The notes under the pieces: model-generated
What the model was told of the DNA's origin: nothing
The model's input: the letters and a program-made list of their open reading frames with translations, nothing else
Database searches by the model: none
In this document: positions 1-5,916 of the stretch, one piece after another
Numbering within the stretch: position 1 is the first letter of the stretch
Layout of the letters: every line of letters starts with the position of its first letter
Made by a program: the position numbers and the translations under genes
Origin: Paraspadella gotoi
Taxonomy: Eukaryota > Animalia > Chaetognatha
Length of the DNA: 5,916 nt
NCBI GenBank assembly: GCA_051294375.1
Contig: JBJCIZ010001461.1
Location: 1-5,916, forward strand
Reading direction: 5' to 3'

Positions 1-432
1 TCTTAGTCTCCAGGAAGAGTTTTTCAAATTTTATTGCTTCTCGGAAAAAGTCACCCTAGTTTCCCATTAAAAATGTTTTTTTTTATGGATGGAAATTGGA
101 TTCCAATTTAGGCAACTTCATTGAAGCTCTAATGAATTAGAAATAAGAGTCTTTTTGACATTAGGAGTGACTTTTATGATGCATGAATCTATTCTATTCT
201 AGAAAACATCACTGATCATTATTAGATATAGATAACTAAAATAAGAATAATTAAAAACAGAAATAAAAAGACATGAAATTAATAAAATCATTTCTATTTA
301 ATATTTTGAAATCTAAAAAATTTAAAATTGTGAAACAAGTAATTTTTCATTTTTTTATTTTAATTATCTCCCCTATATTAGTTATATATTATATATTATC
401 ACCTCTTTGACTTCACAGATTAAAACCAACTT

Positions 433-499
433 TTTAAATTTATTTCTTCTTTTCTTTCTTTCTTTTCTCTCTTTTTTCTACACAATTTAATTTTTTTTT
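433..499 (+). repeat. T/C-rich low-complexity tract
   Basis: ttcttcttttctttctttcttttctctcttttttct followed by a T run. It accounts for the K/E/R-rich tail of the - strand ORF 420-632. Confidence 0.7.
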
Positions 500-810
500 G
501 CTCCCGTCGATGAACGCCACTTGAAAGGCGATAATCTCTGAGCGTCACCGGGTCAACGCTCGATTGAGAGAATCGCCACGGCTCGCCTTTTGTTCTCTTA
601 TCGGACGCCGATTTAAAAATGGCCGCCGCCAATTAAATCACGGATCACCCGATAGTCGGCGTTGATGTTTTAAAATCGAAAGTGGCTCTCATTACCATTG
701 AGATTTTCTGGAGTGAAAAGCATCGTTATCGCAGCTCTGGGGTTTTTTTTAAACTCGTACAGAAAAGTAATTCGAGCGAAAATACAAAGATATCGAGTTT
801 TAACGGGAGG
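500..810. promoter_or_regulatory. CpG-rich island embedded in very AT-rich DNA; possible promoter/enhancer or mobile-element remnant
   Basis: Sharp composition shift at about 500 and 810. It contains AAAATGGCCGCC (616-627, YY1/Pho-type GCCATNTT on the - strand), CCAAT (629-633) and a DRE-like TATCGAG (791-797). Confidence 0.3.
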
Positions 811-2105
811 TAAAATTTAACAATCAAATTGTAGAATTTTTTTAGGCAATCGGGAAAAGCTTTTTATTAAATAAATAAAAAATAAGTATTTTTTTAAACA
901 TCAATAAAATCCATATATTTTTTCAAAGACAGAGCACAGCGGATTATTATTTTTACCATATTATTAAAATTGGTCGCGTGTAGGAAATAAATTTTGACGC
1001 TGTTTCAATTGTTTTTTTCTTTTTTAGTAAATCAATATTTTAGATCTGACTGATAATTAAATTTTAAAAAAACCTTTGCTGAACAAAACCTGTAAAATTT
1101 GATGTAATTAAATCTTTGGATTGGGGTAATGAAACGAATCCACAAAAAATAAACCCATTTAACATTAAGATGATTATCAATTTAACGTCAACACATCTAA
1201 AACAACCTTTACGAACCCCTTTATGTACTTCCACGTCTCCTTACGTTGCGTCCCGGCTTTCGTTTGGGCAGTGGTCAGCGTAGTTCGTAACGTTTGGACT
1301 TTGTACGTCTCATTTTTTGTGTCTTTTCTCCCTTGTGAAAATAAAGACTAGCAGGAGCTGGAACAGGGAGCCCAGCGACAAAAAAGCGTTTATCATGTTA
1401 TTGCTTGTTTTTGCTTTTTGGCAGCGTGTGTGAGGCGTCGTTCGCCTCCCACCTGGTTGGCTCTGTCTAGTTTTACTTTTGCCGAAAAATTTATATTTGC
1501 TCTTGTTGCCTGTTCGGGCAAACAGGTGCTTAAAAGCAAATAACAATAAAGAGTGAAACCTTCCTTTAACGCTATTTTAGATATTACTGATTATGATTTC
1601 TTAGGTTATTTGATTTTAGTGTACGTTATTTTTTTCCGGGGTTAGTATTTGAGTAGCAAGAAATGATTTCGTTTTTTTTTGTTTTAAGGTTTAGGTCTAA
1701 CATTTTTTATTTTGCCGACACCCGCCTCCTACTACGACATAGGTAGATGATAAGGATGTGTCACGATTTCTATTTTATTTCAAAATTGCAACCCTTCACG
1801 TTTAGTAAGATTGATCCAAGATCATTGGTATTTTTTTTTTAGATTTCTCTCGTCTCAATTTTACTATTTTTTCCCTGAGATGCTCAGTCATAAGGTTTTT
1901 CGTGTGTAGCTATGGCCTTGTGCGTCGCTCTAAGAATGGTCAAGGAGACGAATGTTGCAGCAGAAGGGAATCTTCAATAAATTTTGTTGTACTTTGCATC
2001 CGGATCAGCGTCTAATCCTTAACAATCAAGGATCGTCATGCATTTGTTCGTGAAGGATGTTGGGGAGCTGTAGGAGCGTGCCTGAAGTGAGAAACTTTGA
2101 AGCGT

Positions 2106-2181
2106 GTGAGTCGTCGGATCCTTTATTGCGAGTTACCTGACCGGTCCGCAAGGAAAATTCTTTGACATTTTGTTTTGATAG
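2106..2181 (+). other. Putative 76-nt GT-AG spliceosomal intron
   Basis: Consensus donor GTGAGT at 2106, branch-like TTGAC at 2162-2166, T-rich tract and TAG at 2179-2181. Confidence 0.5.
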
Positions 2182-2894
2182 GAGATTCTGTTTTTATCGC
2201 TGTGCACTTCTTCGGTGAATTCTACTGGTTTGTTCGGAGATTCGGGGAGAAACTCCAACCTTTTGGGCATTCCGCCAAGATGTCGTTTGAAGAGTTGACG
2301 GTGTTGAAATCATTTCCTAGTCGAGTTCGGAATTTAACTTTAAAAAATCCAGATTTCGTTCCTCGCGGGCTAGCGTGGCGAAAGATGTGTTCAGAAAGCG
2401 GTCCGTTGTTTATATCGCTTCACCATGGATCAATAATCCAATTAGGTTTTACCTTTACGACTTTTCTTATTTGGAATTCATGCGGCAATTTGCTCAACAA
2501 AAACCTTCCCGGAGAAGAATACTCTGGGGTGCCGTTATTGTGTTTCCCCACTACAAAGACTAACTGCGATGTAACAAATTTCGGCGCCTACGCTATATTC
2601 ACACCGTGGGTTCTGACCGTCAGGACTTGACTGCCCTCGAAAGATTCGGTGTCTGGAATGAACAGTAGTTGGAAAAAATAATATTGTTCGGACCCGAGAT
2701 CGGCCACGGGCGCGGTCACGGGGTCAGTTACAACCGTCTTCGTTGATCGAATCCTTAAGTTAATTTATATCAAGATTTTCAAAGTCGACGGCCACCGGTG
2801 TCAGTTTTCCGGCCGATAACCGGCTTTCTGTACTTCCGATATAAGGCCCTATCAGTTTAGTATTGCTTCCAGTATTTTTGATTATAATGCCCCC
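2182..2894 (+). pseudogene. Large disrupted coding exon (about 237 codons, 3 in-frame stops); includes the 2175-2630 ORF
   Basis: It starts after the acceptor ttttgttttgatAG (2181) and ends at a codon boundary before GTAAGA (2895). The frame of ORF 2175-2630 continues to this donor with only TGA 2628-2630, TAA 2679-2681 and TAA 2817-2819, whereas about 11 stops would be expected at 3/64 per codon. Confidence 0.5.
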
Positions 2895-2960
2895 GTAAGA
2901 TAGTTATTCCTAAGCATTCATTGAATTTAATTAGTCAGTTAGCCAGTTAGAGTATTTTAG
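2895..2960 (+). other. Putative 66-nt GT-AG intron
   Basis: GTAAGA donor at 2895, AT-rich interior, tattttAG acceptor at 2960. Several nearby upstream AGs make the exact acceptor uncertain. Confidence 0.4.
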
Positions 2961-3560
2961 CTCCCAATGGTTTCATTTCCCCCTGCCTTGTGTCAAAATT
3001 TTTCTAAGGTTTTATATTTGTTGTGTCTTTTTTTTTTCAGGTTAGCGGGGGCAAACCGTTTTTAGATTGTCAGCAGGTCAGGTAATGAAGTCCAGTTTTT
3101 AGTGTTTTCTGTTTTTTCAACGGTCGTCTTTGCGGCTTAACCGAAGGCGCGCCAGTCCGTTCCTACAGTTTTAATTTTTTCCTCTTTCTATTTTGAGAGA
3201 GCCGTTCGTACGTATTTCGGCCGCAAAAATTAATCCTGTCCAACGTACGGTATACAGCGAAATCAAGGAGACTGTTCACGCAATTTACTGTTAAGCGGCC
3301 TGGGGTTAGATGAGCGGTTTAATCTTCGGCCCGTTCTTCGTGTGTATCCGGTTTCGTAACAAGTCGAAAACTTCTTCAAAATTCTGCTTCCGGGCGGTCA
3401 AATCACGTTTAATATATTTTACGTTACTTAATCGTAGCCTTTTCCATCTCGCACGATTTTAATCTTTTTTAAAAATTTGTACCCCCTTTGTCTCAAGTCA
3501 TTGAATTACTGAACTCTTAAAAACGCGTGTGGAAGGAGGTTAGCGCACGGTCACAGCTTA

Positions 3561-3610
3561 TGTCGTCTATCTGTCGTCGCTTGGCCCGTCTGTCCTGTCG
3601 TCCGGTCTGT
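3561..3610 (+). repeat. Short dispersed TGTCGTC/GTCTGT repeat cluster
   Basis: TGTCGTC at 3561, 3572 and 3596; GTCTGT at 3588 and 3605; no A between 3570 and 3611. Confidence 0.55.
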
Positions 3611-3663
3611 TATATGAAGAAGAATTATTTCTGTTTTGAGGAATTTGTGCACCGTTTTTTTAG

Positions 3664-3675
3664 GCGTTAACCAAA
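3664..3675 (+). other. Candidate 12-nt microexon (ALTK in phase 0)
   Basis: Sequence reads gtttttttAG|gcgttaaccaaa|GTAAGT: a good acceptor and a perfect donor 12 nt apart. Confidence 0.3.
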
Positions 3676-4089
3676 GTAAGTCCTTGGGGTTTCGCCATTT
3701 TTTGCCATACTCAGCTTTTTATAAAAATCTTCCTTTCCTGCTTTCCATTTCCCCCTGTGCGGAGGCGAACCCGGATATTTCTAGATTGTTATTTCGGTAG
3801 AACGACTCAATGCTCATGGGTATTAGTGGAGATGCCGAACTATATTGGCCGGGCATGGCCCACCAATAGCACGAAGTAGCGGCGGCCGCAGGAAGTCCCC
3901 TGTTATGTTACGAGAAATAACTATTATATATCACGAAGAAATCAGCTTCTCCACCTTTTCCCGATGCCTCTTTGTCTTTTTACTGACGCTCAGGAATTGC
4001 CAGCCTTTTCAGCGATTATTACAGAGACATCTTGGTTTAGACTTTTGTAGCAAGTACCTAATTTATAGTATATCTAATACTAATTACAG

Positions 4090-4156
4090 GCGTTCCGTCG
4101 GGATACTCTCGCGGCGATTCTTGATGTGGAGATAACGCCTATCATGGACTTTCGAG
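4090..4156 (+). CDS. Candidate coding exon, AFRRDTLAAILDVEITPIMDFR; unknown product
   Basis: Branch-like CTAAT plus taCAG acceptor (4089), GAG|GTAATT donor (4157), open frame, GC-richer than the flanks. Confidence 0.4.
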
Positions 4157-4309
4157 GTAATTTTTTAATTACCCTGCGATGTTTACTATCGTGAGACGGA
4201 TTAAAAATGCAGACTGCTTATGTCTAGAGTCATTTACTGCGAGCGGTCTTCCGTGTCAGTCTTTCTCCTTGAAAATTCTCGGAATTATCTTGGACGTTTC
4301 CTATTTTAG

Positions 4310-4450
4310 ATCACCAGGAATACGGCAATGACTGATTGTATCCGCGGGGTAAATTTGCTGAGCTATAGTGCCTGCGGTACCGTGTGGACTTTCCTTGTGC
4401 GAGAGACAGCAAAACCTCTTTTTAACTTATTTCGTCTGCTTCAGAAACAA
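4310..4450 (+). CDS. Candidate coding exon, ITRNTAMTDCIRGVNLLSYSACGTVWTFLVRETAKPLFNLFRLLQKQ; unknown product
   Basis: tttcctattttAG acceptor (4309) and CAA|GTAAGA donor (4451). The 141 nt between them form exactly 47 sense codons, phase 0-0. Confidence 0.45.
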
Positions 4451-4561
4451 GTAAGAACAAGCATTCTTTAGAACGTTTATTATATATATATTGCTGAAGT
4501 TTGATTAAATGTTTTTGTTAATAGTACGGATCTTGCCCAGGACATTTTCTATCAAACTCTT

Positions 4562-4623
4562 ACTTCACAACTGTACTTTACTTCACTTCACTTCACTTGT
4601 TAACTTCAACTTAATACAACTTC
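4562..4623 (+). repeat. Degenerate pentanucleotide microsatellite (ACTTN)n
   Basis: In-phase units actgt-acttt-acttc-acttc-acttc-acttg at 4570-4599, plus ACTT copies at 4562, 4603, 4609 and 4619. Confidence 0.75.
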
Positions 4624-4639
4624 TTTCTACAACCTCCAG

Positions 4640-4772
4640 GGCTTTCGCCGCCCTTTGTGGCCGGAGTCTTTTTCTTTTTAGTCGGTCGCTCACTATTGAA
4701 AGCATCATAGACCGCGCCATCGTCTCCTCTGCGCCATTTACGCCACACAAATACCAACGCTTTAGTTTTGGT
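4640..4772 (+). CDS. Candidate coding exon, AFAALCGRSLFLFSRSLTIESIIDRAIVSSAPFTPHKYQRFSFG (alternative acceptor at 4681)
   Basis: GC-rich 3' half of ORF 4509-4781. It is preceded by a long pyrimidine-rich tract ending ctcCAG (4639) and ends at a codon boundary before GTAAGT (4773). Confidence 0.4.
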
Positions 4773-4957
4773 GTAAGTTAGCCCCAATAAGGCGCGAAAG
4801 TTAAGCAAGCTGTCAAAGAGACTCAATTGAAACACTCTCCGAATTAGTTTCAAAGACATGGTGTCTTTTTGGTACATGAAGAAAGAAAACATTTTTGGTT
4901 GTTTCCTACTTTTTTCGTTCAAAAAAGCTATTGATCAAATTAGTGATTCGAATACAG

Positions 4958-5053
4958 GGAGGTCCAGCCTCTATTGCGGAACTAACTCAAGTGCTTACAG
5001 ACAGAACAGAAACGGTTTATGGCCAGGAAGAAAAGGCAATCAATCATAGTTTG
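4958..5053 (+). CDS. Candidate coding exon, GGPASIAELTQVLTDRTETVYGQEEKAINHSL
   Basis: Protein-like part of ORF 4895-5089 between taCAG (4957) and TTG|GTACAA (5054), or alternatively AG|GTCAAT (5064). Both splice sites are weak. Confidence 0.3.
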
Positions 5054-5307
5054 GTACAATTAGGTCAATTTTTTTTCTATCGATTATAATAAAATAATTC
5101 TTGCAAAAATTTAACGAGCAACTCCTGTGTAAGTAATTGATTCTAATTGGACTAATAAAAATTAAAGTAACATGTAGCTAGGTTATTAGGGATCATAATG
5201 ATTAATGACTCGTTTGGGCAAGTCCGGCATCTGGATTTTGCTCAAACTATGTTCTGACTGAAATCTCCACTCGATTAATTGAAAATGTAGGATAAAGGAG
5301 AGCAGAA

Positions 5308-5451
5308 ATGTGCTCACGCATCCCCTCCAGAAACTCTCACTTCCTCGCATTGGCAACAATAGTAGCAGGGAAGTGGCAGATAGATTACCCAATGGACGCG
5401 CGACCCGTACAACGAAAGCATATGTTGCCTTCTGCTGAACCCCTTTTAAGA
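5308..5451 (+). CDS. Candidate exon (first 48 codons of ORF 5308-5532); could splice in frame to 5653-5715 (SSNLSEFEIQAIVSFEPRDA*)
   Basis: The frame reaches a GTAAGG donor (5452) at a codon boundary. A strong poly-T acceptor tract spans 5614-5652. Other frames are also partly open, so the frame is ambiguous. Confidence 0.25.
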
Positions 5452-5916
5452 GTAAGGTTATATGGTTGCCAAAAGTGTATTAATTTATTTTTTTATACTT
5501 TACATGCCGTACTAATTTTTCGTATATCATAATCAAAGCTGCCTCCTCTGTATTGGAATATCGTGTACGAGTGCATCATAAAAAATTGAGGCTTTTTTTT
5601 GACGAACTAGTAATTTTCTCTTTTTTATTTTTGACTTTTTTTTTCCTGATAGTCGTCTAATCTCTCTGAATTTGAAATCCAGGCCATTGTTTCCTTCGAA
5701 CCTCGCGACGCTTAGATTGTGACAGCTGCCTTCGATCGATCTTGAGTCACCAACGTGAAAGAAGCAAGGAATTGAGAAAAACAGGTCAAGTAGGTTAAAT
5801 AAACGGTGATCATATCAACAAAAAAAATCTGACTTCGCGCCTCCTCATTGTCTCACCATGAATCTAACTTTGCCCGGAGCACTCCATATCAGTCGCCGTC
5901 TTCACCCAATGTTGAC

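Larger units (their letters stand above)
2057..5789 (+). pseudogene. Degenerate multi-exon gene or gene cluster (or spliced lncRNA) of unknown family; boundaries approximate
   Basis: Repeated + strand acceptors (AG ending at 2181, 2960, 3040, 3663, 3784, 3993, 4089, 4309, 4639, 4681, 5652) and donors (GTGAGT 2106, GTAAGA 2895, GTAATG 3082, GTAAGT 3676, GTAATT 4157, GTAAGA 4451, GTAAGT 4773, GTAAGG 5452) bracket GC-richer blocks with open or nearly open frames. I could not join them into one stop-free CDS. Confidence 0.45.

Noticed and set aside
420-632. 70-aa - strand ORF
   Set aside because: It has a non-ATG start, and its K/E/R-rich tail is simply the antisense of the T/C low-complexity tract.
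1310-1546. 78-aa - strand ORF
   Set aside because: It has a non-ATG start, its K/F bias comes from homopolymer runs, and it has no motif or splice support.
2375-2563. 62-aa overlapping + ORF (includes MRQFAQQKPSRRRI, faintly PC4-like)
   Set aside because: It has a GTG start and is nested out of frame in the better-supported exon. It could only matter if a frameshift is shown by paralogue alignment.
2628-2819. Alternative genetic code as the explanation for the in-frame stops
   Set aside because: Both TGA and TAA (and TAG in other candidate exons) would need reassignment, and stops are too sparse in the open exons to be regular sense codons. Pseudogenisation is simpler.
3801-3869. GISGDAELYWPGM resembles the YWPGM motif of Gypsy-type integrase zinc-binding domains
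   Set aside because: The HH and CxxC ligands are missing, a stop follows within four codons, and there is no RT, RNase H or DDE sequence nearby.
1260-5220. Exact 11-mer TCGTTTGGGCA at 1260-1270 and 5210-5220
   Set aside because: A few 11-mer matches are expected by chance in 5.9 kb, and the flanks do not extend into an LTR or duplication.
5198-5261. Possible C/D box snoRNA (ATGATTA ... CTGA)
   Set aside because: The C box is imperfect, I recognise no rRNA/snRNA antisense guide, and the interior is locked in a long hairpin.
4611-5392. - strand ORFs 4611-4922 and 5186-5392
   Set aside because: They are antisense to + strand exon candidates, have no recognisable domains, and the evident splice signals are on the + strand.
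1-5916. Prokaryotic or phage system (CRISPR array, operon, tRNA, rRNA, IS element)
   Set aside because: Coding density is very low, and there are no regularly spaced repeats, tRNA cloverleaf motifs, rRNA similarity or transposase motifs. Splice-type signals dominate.

Overview
This window looks like eukaryotic (probably invertebrate) genomic DNA, not prokaryotic. It is AT-rich but not obviously CpG-depleted. The + strand carries many T-tract/YAG acceptors and GTRAG donors, several spaced like short (about 55-110 nt) introns; this resembles compact arthropod genomes such as Daphnia, but the taxon is a guess. No intact long ORF, recognisable gene, rRNA, tRNA, CRISPR array or transposase/RT motif is visible. 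The best reading is one or more degenerate multi-exon + strand genes between about 2050 and 5790. The clearest piece is a 713-nt splice-bounded exon (2182-2894) whose single frame is broken by only three stops and whose N-terminal part loosely resembles a PC4-like ssDNA-binding fold. Upstream lie an AT-rich palindrome cluster (46-175), a CpG-rich, self-complementary island with degenerate inverted ends and a YY1-type motif (476-836), an ACGT cluster and two hairpins (1185-1542). A near-SECIS-shaped hairpin lies at 5205-5253. I could not establish a novel system; all functional calls are hypotheses.
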